A DNA stretch of 64,000 nt from an uncultured Gammaproteobacteria bacterium (GCA_964466835.1 CAYXNV010000002.1:3779-67778), one strand, 5' to 3'. Shown: positions 28,873-37,745, counted from the stretch's first letter. A program made the numbers and translations. The notes: a model not told the origin generated them from the sequence alone.

Positions 28873-28897
28873 TTAATTAATTTGTAGAATCGCTAAT

Positions 28898-29011
28898 ATG
28901 AAAGTAAGATCTAGTGCAAAAAAAATTTGCAAGGATTGTAAAGTGGTACGACGCAAAGGTCGTGTTCATGTTATTTGTAAAAACCCTAAACATAAACAAA
29001 GACAAGGGTAA
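28898..29011 (+). CDS. rpmJ: Ribosomal protein L36 (Zn-ribbon form); not in the ORF track
   Basis: [37 protein letters not shown], 37 aa, lying between infA and rpsM. Confidence 0.85.
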   Translation: MKVRSSAKKICKDCKVVRRKGRVHVICKNPKHKQRQG

Positions 29012-29025
29012 TTATTTATATATTT

Positions 29026-29421
29026 ATGGCAGTAAGAATCGCAGGAGTTAATATTCCTACAGAAAAAAGAATAGCAATTGCATTAACCTATGTTTATGGC
29101 GTTGGCCATAGTAAAGCAGCTAAGATTTTAAAAGATACTAAAATTGATCCCAACACCAGGACCAATGCTTTATCAGAGGATGAAGTAGCTCGGTTAAGAG
29201 AAATAATTGAAAAGAAAATGACCGTAGAAGGTGATCTTCGTCGAGAAGTTCAAAGTAATATTAAACGATTAAAAGAAATTGGTAGTTATCGCGGTTCTAG
29301 ACATGCTAAACACCTACCAGCTCGTGGTCAAAGAAGTAAAACTAATAATCGAACTGTTCGTGGTAATAAGAGAGCGACTATGGGTAGTGGTAAGAGTAAG
29401 GCTGGACTACAAAAAACTTAA
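29026..29421 (+). CDS. rpsM: Ribosomal protein S13
   Basis: MAVRIAGVNIP...YGVGHSKA... Confidence 0.9.
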   Translation: MAVRIAGVNIPTEKRIAIALTYVYGVGHSKAAKILKDTKIDPNTRTNALSEDEVARLREIIEKKMTVEGDLRREVQSNIKRLKEIGSYRGSRHAKHLPARGQRSKTNNRTVRGNKRATMGSGKSKAGLQKT

Positions 29422-29442
29422 TTTTTAAACTATTAATTAAAT

Positions 29443-30030
29443 ATGTCTGAAGACGTAAAAAAAGAAGAAAAGAAAAAAGAAGAAGAAACTAAAGTGGTTG
29501 AAGCTAAAACCCCTGAAGTTAAAGAAGAGGAAAAAGCTGAAACAAAGGAAACAGCTAGTTTTTCTTTTGATTCAGATTCCGAGGAATTACCAGAAGAAAT
29601 TAAACAAAAATTAGAGAAGAATAAACAAGCCCGAGCAAAGAAGAAATTGGTTAAAAAGAAAAAGAAAAAAGTCGCTCGAATTGTTAAGGTAGGCAAGGCT
29701 TGTATTAACGCTACCTATAACAACACTATGGTTACTTTGACTGACCCTAATGGTGATGTTATTTCTTGGGCTAGTGCTGTTGTAGCTGGATTTAGAGGGG
29801 CCAAGAAAGCCACCCCCTATGCTGCTCAAATTATTACTAAAATTGCAGTTCAAAAAGCTCGAGAAGAATATGGCTTAGAGGAGGTAAATGTTTTTGTTTC
29901 TGGAGTTGGTACTGGTCGTGAATCAGCTATCCGAGCTTTAAATGCTAATGGTTTAAATGTAGTTGCAATTAAAGATACTACTTCGGTTCCACACAATGGT
30001 TGTCGTCCGAAGAAGCCAAGAAGAGTTTAA
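29443..30030 (+). CDS. rpsK: Ribosomal protein S11 with an N-terminal K/E-rich extension of about 75 aa
   Basis: S11 core from VARIVKVGKACINATYNNTMVTLTD...; low-complexity N-terminal tail. Confidence 0.9.
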   Translation: MSEDVKKEEKKKEEETKVVEAKTPEVKEEEKAETKETASFSFDSDSEELPEEIKQKLEKNKQARAKKKLVKKKKKKVARIVKVGKACINATYNNTMVTLTDPNGDVISWASAVVAGFRGAKKATPYAAQIITKIAVQKAREEYGLEEVNVFVSGVGTGRESAIRALNANGLNVVAIKDTTSVPHNGCRPKKPRRV

Positions 30031-30050
30031 GTTTATAATGATTTAATATT

Positions 30051-30680
30051 ATGGCAAGAAATATTGATAATAAATGCAAACAATGTCGTCGCGCTGGCGA
30101 AAAATTATTCCTCAAAGGAGATCGTTGTTCGACTGCTAAATGTGCAATGGTAAAACGTAATTATGCCCCTGGTTTTCATGGACCCAAGGGTCGTAAACGT
30201 TTGAGTGATTATGGCTTGCAACTCCAAGAAAAGCAGAAAGCTAAAAAGTATTATGGTTTACTAGAGAAACAATTTCGCCTTACTTTTGCTAAAGCGGGTA
30301 AAAAGAGTGGTGACGCTGGTAAGAATTTTTTGAAATTATTAGAAATGCGCCTAGATAATGTTATTTTCCGTTTAGGTTTGGCTAGTTCTCGTTCTCAAGC
30401 TCGTCAATTAGTTAACCACGGTCATTTTACAGTTGATGGACGCAAAGCTAGTATTCCTTCAATGACTGTTAAGGTTGGTCAAATTATTAAAATTAAAAAG
30501 ACTAGTGAGAAAAATAAGTTTTTTAGAAATTTAGAAGAAAAATTACAGAAAGCTGAACGTCCAAGTTGGTTGAATTTTGATGCTAAAGAATTAAACGCTA
30601 AAGTATTGCATGAACCAAAAGATACTGACTTGCCACAGAATATTAACGTTCAAATGATTATTGAGTTTTACTCAAAATAA
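30051..30680 (+). CDS. rpsD: Ribosomal protein S4 (Zn-binding C+ form)
   Basis: CKQCRR...CSTAKC motif plus the S4 domain. Confidence 0.9.
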   Translation: MARNIDNKCKQCRRAGEKLFLKGDRCSTAKCAMVKRNYAPGFHGPKGRKRLSDYGLQLQEKQKAKKYYGLLEKQFRLTFAKAGKKSGDAGKNFLKLLEMRLDNVIFRLGLASSRSQARQLVNHGHFTVDGRKASIPSMTVKVGQIIKIKKTSEKNKFFRNLEEKLQKAERPSWLNFDAKELNAKVLHEPKDTDLPQNINVQMIIEFYSK

Positions 30681-30731
30681 AAAAGATTTAAATAACTTGC
30701 CTTTATTATCGGGTTATTTAAATAATTATTT

Positions 30732-31550
30732 ATGGAAAACATTGCTTTACCTAAAAAAATTGATTTTAAAGCAGGTAGCAATCCTAACGAGGGGACTATT
30801 ATGATTGGGCCTTTGTTTCCGGGTTATGGTATGACCCTAGGAAACTCTTTACGACGTGTTTTACTATCCTCTCTACCAGGAGCAGCTGTCGTTGGAGTTA
30901 AAATCAAAGGAGCTAGTCATGAATTTATGGCTATTCCTGACATCAAAGAAGATGTCTTAGAAATTATCCTTAATCTAAAACAGTTACGCCTTAAAATTTT
31001 TGACGGAGAAGAAATCCGTTTAGAATTGAAAACTAAAGGCAAAAAAACTGTTACCGCCGCTGATATTACTAAGAATAGTCAGGTTGAAATTATTAATCCA
31101 GATTTAGTTATTGCTCACATCACTGATGAAGCTGGTAGTTTAGAAATTGAAGTTATTGTTAAAGAGGGTCGTGGCTATCAAATGACCGAAGGAGCGAAGA
31201 AAGAAAATCGTGAGATTGGTTATATGGAAATTGACGCTATTTTTTCTCCAGTATTACTAGTTAGTGTTAAGGTTGAGAATACTCGTGTTGGTAAAATGAC
31301 CAATTGGGATAAAATACTATTAGATGTTAAAACAGATGGCACTATTAGCCCGGAGCAAGCTTTTGATGAAACAGTTAAAATTTTAGTTGATCAATTTGGT
31401 GCTTTAGCTCCAAAGGCAGAAAAGAAAGAAAAGGAAGAGAAAGAAGAGGATGTAGAAGAAGTTGAAGAAGAAAAGAAAGAGAAAAAGGAAGAAAAGAAAA
31501 CTACTAAGAAAAAAACCACAAAAAAAGAAGAAACCAAAAAGAAAAAATAA
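30732..31550 (+). CDS. rpoA: RNA polymerase alpha subunit with the N-terminal domain only; the alpha-CTD is replaced by a K/E-rich tail
   Basis: Alpha-NTD blocks (GYGMTLGNSLRRVLLSSLPGAAV...); the ORF ends after about 45 aa of EKKEKEEK-type low complexity; no alpha-CTD helix-hairpin-helix. Confidence 0.85.
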   Translation: MENIALPKKIDFKAGSNPNEGTIMIGPLFPGYGMTLGNSLRRVLLSSLPGAAVVGVKIKGASHEFMAIPDIKEDVLEIILNLKQLRLKIFDGEEIRLELKTKGKKTVTAADITKNSQVEIINPDLVIAHITDEAGSLEIEVIVKEGRGYQMTEGAKKENREIGYMEIDAIFSPVLLVSVKVENTRVGKMTNWDKILLDVKTDGTISPEQAFDETVKILVDQFGALAPKAEKKEKEEKEEDVEEVEEEKKEKKEEKKTTKKKTTKKEETKKKK

Positions 31551-31568
31551 ATATAATTCACGCTGAGT

Positions 31569-31919
31569 ATGAGACACAGAAATAAAACCAAGATTTTGGA
31601 TCGGAAAAAAGAACCAAGAGAATTGATGCTAAGAAATTTAGCTTCTAGTATTTTATTATATGAAAAAGTAAAAACCACTGAAGCTAAAGCTAAAGCAGTT
31701 CGACCATTAGTAGAGAGAATGATTACCACCGCTAAGAAAGGTGATTTAAATGCTCGTCGTGGTTTAATTAAAGTTCTCCTGCAAAAGAATGCTGTTAAGA
31801 AGGTGATGGAAGTTTTAGGAGAACGGTATAAAGACAGAAAAGGTGGTTATACTAGAATTACTAAATTAGGAACTCGTCAAGGTGATGGCGCGGAAATGGT
31901 GCAAATTGAATTAGTCTAA
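31569..31919 (+). CDS. rplQ: Ribosomal protein L17
   Basis: MRHRNKTKILDRKKEPR... Confidence 0.9.
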   Translation: MRHRNKTKILDRKKEPRELMLRNLASSILLYEKVKTTEAKAKAVRPLVERMITTAKKGDLNARRGLIKVLLQKNAVKKVMEVLGERYKDRKGGYTRITKLGTRQGDGAEMVQIELV

Positions 31920-31923
31920 CTAT

Positions 31924-32280
31924 ATGAATAAAATAACAAGAAAAATCCATAAAGTTGATGCAAGTGACCAAACAGTTGGTCGTTTAGCTACTCAAATCGC
32001 TAATTTACTAAGAGGGAAGAATAAACCTGAATTTCAACCCCATTTAGATTTAGGTGATATTGTTGAAGTTAGTAATATTACTAAATTGAAATTTACTGGT
32101 AAAAAATTAGATCAAAAGAAATATTTTCATTATTCTGGCTATCTTGGTGGTTTAAAAACTAAAAAAATGTCTGAAGTTTTTGCTAAAGATCCCGGTGATG
32201 TTCTTAAAAGAGCAGTTAGAGAGATGTTGGCTCCGACCAAATTGAGAAACGATATAATGAAAAGATTAATTATTAAATAA
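31924..32280 (+). CDS. rplM: Ribosomal protein L13
   Basis: Conserved L13 N-terminus (KVDASDQTVGRLATQIANLLRGKNKPEF). Confidence 0.85.
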   Translation: MNKITRKIHKVDASDQTVGRLATQIANLLRGKNKPEFQPHLDLGDIVEVSNITKLKFTGKKLDQKKYFHYSGYLGGLKTKKMSEVFAKDPGDVLKRAVREMLAPTKLRNDIMKRLIIK

Positions 32281-32281
32281 T

Positions 32282-32788
32282 ATGGCTGAGAAAAAGACTA
32301 CAAAAAAAGAAGTTAAGGAAGAAAAAAATACTAAGAAAGTTGAAAAGGTTGAAGAGATTAAAGAGAAAGATTTTGATAAAAATGAAATTGTAGAGTTTAA
32401 GGGTAAATATATTAAAACAATTGGTCGTCGCAAAAAATCAGTGGCCCAAGTACGTCTATATGAAAAAGGTAAGGGAGCAATTGTTGTAAATGGCATGAAA
32501 GTTAGTAAATATTTTCCTGGCGATGCTTTAAGTATTGTTACTCAGCCCCTAAAGGCGGTTAGTAAGCTAAGAGATTTTAACTTTTCTGTGATTGTTAAGG
32601 GTGGAGGAAAAAAAGGCCAAGCTGAAGCTGTTAGACTAGGTATTAGTCGCGCACTTTTATCTCATGATGAAGCTAATAAAGATATTTTAAAACTAAACGG
32701 TTATCTAACCAGAGATCCTAGGCAGAAAGAACGAAAGAAACCAGGCTTGAAGAAAGCTAGAAAGAGACCACAATGGAGCAAGCGTTAA
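32282..32788 (+). CDS. rpsI: Ribosomal protein S9 with an N-terminal K/E-rich extension
   Basis: S9 core (GRRKKSVAQVRLY...PGLKKARKRPQWSKR). Confidence 0.9.
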   Translation: MAEKKTTKKEVKEEKNTKKVEKVEEIKEKDFDKNEIVEFKGKYIKTIGRRKKSVAQVRLYEKGKGAIVVNGMKVSKYFPGDALSIVTQPLKAVSKLRDFNFSVIVKGGGKKGQAEAVRLGISRALLSHDEANKDILKLNGYLTRDPRQKERKKPGLKKARKRPQWSKR

Positions 32789-32818
32789 TATAAAATCTCA
32801 TTCCTTTATATATTAAAA

Positions 32819-32842
32819 CAACCTCAAATGAGGTTGTTTTTG
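32819..32842 (+). terminator. Intrinsic terminator of the alpha/rplM-rpsI operon
   Basis: caacctc-aaat-gaggttg followed by TTTTT. Confidence 0.7.
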
Positions 32843-32850
32843 TATTAGAA

Positions 32851-32874
32851 AAGGCCTGTAGTTAAACAGGCCTT
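32851..32874 (-). terminator. Intrinsic terminator for the minus-strand gene 32881-33423
   Basis: 9-bp stem aaggcctgt/acaggcctt; a T-tract on the minus strand. Confidence 0.6.
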
Positions 32875-32880
32875 AAAATC

Positions 32881-33423
32881 TTATTGCCAATCAATAACAT
32901 CTTCCGGGACTTCAAGAATAATGTTTTTTGGAGCTTTATCCATTGATTTCTTATCAAGTTCTAATTGATATGGTTCTAGGGTGATAAATCTACTTTTGTT
33001 GTGTCCGTAGCTATCTTTTTTTGGGTAATAAGCATAAACAGTTGTACCTTTTTTTAAACTTTGATTTAAATAAGGATGCTGTTTTTTATCAATGTCTCTG
33101 TTAATCTTTCCTCTGGTAATTGCGTAGTTAATAAGAAGGTCATCTTCACGCATCAGAAAGATTTTTTCATTAGTCCCATCTCTCATTGTTTGCGCTTGGA
33201 GTCCAGATCCCATACAGAGAATGTCTATTGTTTCAAAAGCCGCTTTTTCGTCCTCGGAATCAAATACCAGGGTTTTGTAATCCGAGGTATCATAAAATAC
33301 TAATGGATTATCCTTTGTGCCTCGATAAGCATGTAATCTTATTTTAGCACCACGAGACCAGCAGATTATATCACCAGCTTGCAGTCTAGTTCTTTGTTCG
33401 CCTTCTTTTGTTTTTATGAACAT
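32881..33423 (-). CDS. Hypothetical protein (orphan, opposite strand)
   Basis: 180-aa ORF lying between rpsI and prfB; no recognised motif. Confidence 0.4.
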   Translation of the reverse strand: MFIKTKEGEQRTRLQAGDIICWSRGAKIRLHAYRGTKDNPLVFYDTSDYKTLVFDSEDEKAAFETIDILCMGSGLQAQTMRDGTNEKIFLMREDDLLINYAITRGKINRDIDKKQHPYLNQSLKKGTTVYAYYPKKDSYGHNKSRFITLEPYQLELDKKSMDKAPKNIILEVPEDVIDWQ

Positions 33424-33520
33424 TTTTTATAATTTTGGTTAATTTATTGTTAAATTACTATTAGATTAAATTAACATTATCTGATTGGGGTGTCAATCAA
33501 TCGCTTGTCAGTGATTTTTT

Positions 33521-33529
33521 TGATATAAT
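33521..33529 (+). promoter_or_regulatory. Extended -10 promoter (TGaTATAAT) immediately upstream of prfB; the mRNA may be leaderless
   Basis: TGATATAAT ends 6 nt before the ATG at 33536. Confidence 0.45.
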
Positions 33530-33535
33530 CTAAAT

Positions 33536-34633
33536 ATGGATAATTTAATGAAGAAAATAAAAGAATTGAAGAAAAAATTCTTAGCCACTAAGAAGCTTTT
33601 GGATATTGAGAAGAAAAAGAAGAAAGAGAATAAATTAAGGAATGAAATGTCTGAAACCGGTTTTTGGGATGATCAAGAAAGGGCAGTAAAGGTTGGTCAA
33701 GAAGCAGAAGAATTATTAAATGAAATAAATGATTGGCAAAAAATGGAAAATAGTATTCAAGAAATCGAGGAATTACTTTCCCTAGCTTCTAAAGAAGAAG
33801 AAAGTGAGCTAGGAGAGGAAATAGAGAAGAAGATAGAGGAATTAGAAGATAATTTTTCTAAGTTAGAGTTCTTAGCTCTATTCTCTGGGAAGTATGATCG
33901 CCATAATGTTCTCTTAGCTATTCATGCTGGCACTGGCGGGGTTGATGCCCAAGATTGGGCTGAGATGTTGGAAAGAATGTATCTACGTTTTAGTGAAAAG
34001 AAAAATTGGAAGACAGAAATATTAGATCGTAATTATGGCAATGAAGCGGGAATAAAAAGTGTAGTGATAAGAGTTAGTGGCAATTGGGCCTATGGTCATT
34101 TAAAAAGTGAGAATGGCGTTCATCGGCTATTACGTATTTCTCCTTTTGATGCTGAGGGCATGCGTCACACTTCTTTTGCCTTAGTGGAGATTATGCCAGA
34201 GATAGAGGATGATAATATGGTTACCATTAATGATAATGATATTAGGATTGATGTTTTTAAAGCTAGTGGTCCGGGTGGTCAAAGTGTTAATACCACTGAC
34301 TCAGCTGTTCGCATCACTCACATACCTAGTGGAATTGTAGTTTCCTGTCAGAATGAACGATCGCAACGTCAAAATAAAGACAATGCTTTAAAGATATTAA
34401 GAACTAAATTATATCAATTGGCACTAGAGACAAAAGAAGCTGAAGAGAGAAAGTTAAAAGGTGAGGTTCAGAAAGCTGAGTGGGGAAGACAAATCAGATC
34501 ATATTTTATGTATGGTAATCAATTAGTTAAGGATCATCGCAGTGATTATGAAACTAATAATGTTAATAGTGTTTTAGATGGAGATTTAGATAATTTTGTT
34601 TCTGCTTATTTAAAATATTTACAGTTGACATAA
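33536..34633 (+). CDS. prfB: Peptide chain release factor 2, single uninterrupted frame with no programmed frameshift
   Basis: SPF tripeptide (RISPFDAEG), GGQ motif (SGPGGQSVN), and RF2-specific alignment. Confidence 0.85.
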   Translation: MDNLMKKIKELKKKFLATKKLLDIEKKKKKENKLRNEMSETGFWDDQERAVKVGQEAEELLNEINDWQKMENSIQEIEELLSLASKEEESELGEEIEKKIEELEDNFSKLEFLALFSGKYDRHNVLLAIHAGTGGVDAQDWAEMLERMYLRFSEKKNWKTEILDRNYGNEAGIKSVVIRVSGNWAYGHLKSENGVHRLLRISPFDAEGMRHTSFALVEIMPEIEDDNMVTINDNDIRIDVFKASGPGGQSVNTTDSAVRITHIPSGIVVSCQNERSQRQNKDNALKILRTKLYQLALETKEAEERKLKGEVQKAEWGRQIRSYFMYGNQLVKDHRSDYETNNVNSVLDGDLDNFVSAYLKYLQLT

Positions 34634-34705
34634 GTTGAAATAATTGATATTTTAAATAGTTAACAAAGATCTTTTAAAAATGAATATTAACCAAATTAAT
34701 TTATA

Positions 34706-35686
34706 ATGGAAAAAAATGTATCTACGATTAATAAGACTACTCTGGTTCGTCGTTTAGAAGGAAAGCCTGATGGTCATGTTTATAGCTTTGATAAATTTCA
34801 AGACTATTTTATTGTTTTTGGTAACTTTAAGAAGTGGGGCAATCATGAGGCCCGTCATGTAGCCGTGCTTAATAAAGATTTTACCCTTAATTATATTGCT
34901 ACTGATGAGCTTGGTGATGTTATCGCCGTTGATATCTCAGAAGATGAAATCGAAGGAATATTATCCTTTGGAGATTATCTCTTGGTTTATGGTGATTTTA
35001 CTAGATATCGCCATACTTCTGTGAATAGTGTCCTAGTTGTGGATAAAAATTTTGAGGTTGATTATAAAGAGACAGAAAAATTTCTTAGCAATGGTATTGA
35101 TGTCAATATTGAGAAAATGTTTGTTCATGGAAAAAATCTTTTTATTTCTTCCAGTAAGCCCCCGGTGATTAATGGAACATTAGAAATTAACCATGTCGTG
35201 GTACTAAATAAAGATTTTAGTCTTAATCTTAAAGAGATGGAAAAATTTGTTGTTGATGGTCCTGATGATCTTGTACAAGGAATATGTTCTCACAATAACC
35301 ATTGTATTGCTTATGGCAATTTTGAAGAATGGGGAAGGGCTGAAGATCTCAATTTTCTTGCCCTCATTAATGAAGACTTAAGTCTTAACCTAAAAAAAAC
35401 TGAAAGTATTTTTTGGGGTTTTGATAATAATGTGCATGTCTGTGTTCCGTATAAAGAGGGTAAATTTTTGATGGGCGGAGAATTTACAAATTGGGGCCTT
35501 GATGATGAGATTTATCATTGTGCTGTAATTAATGAAAAGCTTATTCTTGATCCTCCCGAATCTGAAATTATCGGCTATCCCAATCAAACAGTTTATGACA
35601 TGTATGCCCATGGATCAAGAATCATTGTAGTGGGCGCCTTCACTAAATGGAAAGAAAAATCAACTCGATTTATAAAAGTTATTTAA
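34706..35686 (+). CDS. Tandem-repeat protein (about 6 repeats of about 55 aa with a G-F-x-x-W-G ... V-L-N-x-D-F-S-L-N pattern; possibly delta-60-repeat/beta-propeller-like)
   Basis: Internal periodicity seen directly in the sequence (VAVLNKDFTLNY / VLVVDKNFEVDY / VVVLNKDFSLNL / LALINEDLSLNL / CAVINEKLILDP). Confidence 0.5.
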   Translation: MEKNVSTINKTTLVRRLEGKPDGHVYSFDKFQDYFIVFGNFKKWGNHEARHVAVLNKDFTLNYIATDELGDVIAVDISEDEIEGILSFGDYLLVYGDFTRYRHTSVNSVLVVDKNFEVDYKETEKFLSNGIDVNIEKMFVHGKNLFISSSKPPVINGTLEINHVVVLNKDFSLNLKEMEKFVVDGPDDLVQGICSHNNHCIAYGNFEEWGRAEDLNFLALINEDLSLNLKKTESIFWGFDNNVHVCVPYKEGKFLMGGEFTNWGLDDEIYHCAVINEKLILDPPESEIIGYPNQTVYDMYAHGSRIIVVGAFTKWKEKSTRFIKVI

Positions 35687-35741
35687 CTTTTGTTCATCGT
35701 TAATCAATTATAATACTGCTAGCTAATAGTAGTATTTTTTT

Positions 35742-37118
35742 ATGCTTAGAAAAAAATGGTTTCTATTTCTAAATATTATATTTATTATATCTATTTTCAT
35801 TATTGGTTTTAATGAAACTATTTTTGATAGAGATAATAGTTTATCTAATTATCACGATAATCAAGTGATTATTTTGGGAATGGTTTGTGAAGAAACAGAT
35901 CAAGGTGTTGATAATCAAAAACTAACCATCTGTGTGCGAGCGATTAAATTAGATAATGAGACCAAAATGGTTTCTGGTCGAGTGCTAGTAAGTTTGGGAT
36001 TATACCCTAGTTATAATTATGGAGATTTTCTGTTAATTAAAGGTTATCTGAAAAAACCAATTAGGTTTGAAGATTTTAAGTATGATCGCTACTTAGCCCG
36101 TTATCATATTTATTCAGTTATATATTATCCCCAGATAAAAAAGGATGAAGGGAAATTGAACTTAAGAGAAAAAATGATGTTAAAGTTATTTAAATTTAAA
36201 TGGTCTTTAAAAGAAATGATTGACAGGAATTTGCCTGAGCCAGAAGCTGGTTTAGCTAATGCAGTTTTATTGGGCTATAAAAGAACAGTTGAGAAAGAAG
36301 ATATGGAGATATTTTCTCGAGTTGGGCTTAGTCATATGATTGCTATCTCTGGATCGCATATTACCATTATGAGTGCGATGATTATCAATTTATTCGTTGG
36401 TTTAGGATTAAACAGAAAGAGAGCTTTGGTTTTTGTTTGGATATTTTTAGTTCTTTATCCTTTAATAACCGGTCTGCAAGCTTCAGCAGTTCGTTCTGCT
36501 ATCATGGGTGCTTTTGGTTTTTTAAGTATCTATTCTATTAAAAAAATACCAATTTTCAATTGTTTAATATTCTCAGCTAGTTTAATGCTTTTATTTAATC
36601 CTAAACTTCTTCGGGATGATGTTGGTTTTCAGTTGTCTTTTTTAGCAGTCTTGGGAATTATTTATCTTTATCCGATTGGTGAAAAAATAATAGGGAAGAG
36701 AATAAAAAATAAAGTGATAAAAAGTGTTTGGGATGTAACTAATCTAACTCTGGTTTCTCAGATAATTACTTTGCCAATTTTGTTGATAAACTTTAATCAG
36801 CTTTCAATTATTTCACCCTTAGCTAATATCCTGGTGCTATGGGTATTTTCAATGCTATTAGCTGGTTTAATCATCGCTATATTTTTTAGTTTTATCTTAC
36901 CCTGGTTTAGTTTAATCTTTTTTTGGCCCATTTATCTATTACTCAAGTTTGTTTTTCTAATTTCTAATTATTTAGCTAATATTTCTTGGGCAGCCATGGA
37001 TGTTAATAATTTTACCTGGTTTAAGGGGATTATATACTATCTAGTCTTATTGATTTTATTTAAAATATATAGTAGTATGAAAATTCATAAAGTTCATTAT
37101 AAACAATTAAAACAGTAA
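35742..37118 (+). CDS. comEC: ComEC/Rec2-family DNA-uptake channel protein, lacking the C-terminal metallo-beta-lactamase domain
   Basis: DUF4131-like N-terminal region plus the competence domain (GLSHMIAISGSHITIM) and multiple TM helices; ends at 458 aa. Confidence 0.75.
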   Translation: MLRKKWFLFLNIIFIISIFIIGFNETIFDRDNSLSNYHDNQVIILGMVCEETDQGVDNQKLTICVRAIKLDNETKMVSGRVLVSLGLYPSYNYGDFLLIKGYLKKPIRFEDFKYDRYLARYHIYSVIYYPQIKKDEGKLNLREKMMLKLFKFKWSLKEMIDRNLPEPEAGLANAVLLGYKRTVEKEDMEIFSRVGLSHMIAISGSHITIMSAMIINLFVGLGLNRKRALVFVWIFLVLYPLITGLQASAVRSAIMGAFGFLSIYSIKKIPIFNCLIFSASLMLLFNPKLLRDDVGFQLSFLAVLGIIYLYPIGEKIIGKRIKNKVIKSVWDVTNLTLVSQIITLPILLINFNQLSIISPLANILVLWVFSMLLAGLIIAIFFSFILPWFSLIFFWPIYLLLKFVFLISNYLANISWAAMDVNNFTWFKGIIYYLVLLILFKIYSSMKIHKVHYKQLKQ

Positions 37119-37121
37119 GAA

Positions 37122-37511
37122 ATGGAGATTTTAACAGAATTCCCAATTCCAGCCAGTGAGCTGAGATTGAAAAAGTATGTTGCTTCTGGTGTTTTAGGTG
37201 ATCCAATTATGGAAGAAATAGCTCTCAGGATTCTGATATTTTCTCAAGAAACTGGAGAATATGTGAAAGTATCTTCCAATGTTTTATTTGATCGCTATAC
37301 AGAAGAGGAAAAAATTGCCCTAGAAAGAGCAGAAAAGAAAGAAGAACAAGAAATTATTAGTTTTTTGTTTGGCTCTATGGGATATTTTGCTGAAATTATA
37401 TCTGATGTAATTAATGATTTGCGTGAGAAATCCTTAATCAAGCTAGAAAAAGGGAAGGATAATGATTTAATCTTAATGCCCACCCCTGAACTAGTAGCTA
37501 GAATAGCCTAA
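37122..37511 (+). CDS. Hypothetical protein co-transcribed with comEC
   Basis: Start 4 nt after the comEC stop; no recognised motif. Confidence 0.4.
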   Translation: MEILTEFPIPASELRLKKYVASGVLGDPIMEEIALRILIFSQETGEYVKVSSNVLFDRYTEEEKIALERAEKKEEQEIISFLFGSMGYFAEIISDVINDLREKSLIKLEKGKDNDLILMPTPELVARIA

Positions 37512-37518
37512 ATAAAAA

Positions 37519-37546
37519 CCCACCTGAATAGTTAGGTGGGCTTTTT
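37519..37546. terminator. Bidirectional intrinsic terminator
   Basis: cccacct-(8 nt)-aggtggg followed by cTTTTTT, with an A-tract upstream; lies between the convergent comEC operon and rpmB. Confidence 0.7.
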
Positions 37547-37568
37547 TAATATAAAAATAGGGAAATAT

Positions 37569-37745
37569 TTATTTCTTTTTCTTAGCCAAAGTTCTCATGC
37601 AAGAAGTGCAGATTTTCAACTTAGCACCGTCAATAACTTTGCTTTGTAAATTAATTTTTTGTCTTTTTAGGGTTTTGATTTTAGAGTGAGAACGACTTGC
37701 ACCTTTAGTAGCTCCTCGTTTGCATAAATCACATTTTCTGGCCAT
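37569..37745 (-). CDS. rpmB: Ribosomal protein L28 (Zn-ribbon form)
   Basis: MARKCDLCKRG...SHS...CTSCMR; the ATG at 37745 is preferred over the TTG start given in the ORF track. Confidence 0.8.
   Translation of the reverse strand: MARKCDLCKRGATKGASRSHSKIKTLKRQKINLQSKVIDGAKLKICTSCMRTLAKKKK

Noticed and set aside
29433-29853. Minus-strand ORFs (87 aa and 80 aa) antisense to rpsK
   Set aside because: They lie entirely within the K/E-rich low-complexity region of S11. Their F/S/L-rich translation is the mirror image of AAG/GAA repeats, with no signals of its own.
31391-31729. 112-aa minus-strand ORF spanning the rpoA tail and the rplQ start
   Set aside because: Antisense to a low-complexity K/E tail and a conserved L17 N-terminus. 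This is a typical shadow ORF.
32266-32496. 76-aa minus-strand ORF over the rpsI N-terminus
   Set aside because: Antisense to the K/E-rich S9 extension.
33536-33700. Programmed +1 frameshift site in prfB
   Set aside because: The reading frame is continuous from the first ATG through the GGQ and SPF motifs. No in-frame UGA or shifty CUU U site is present.
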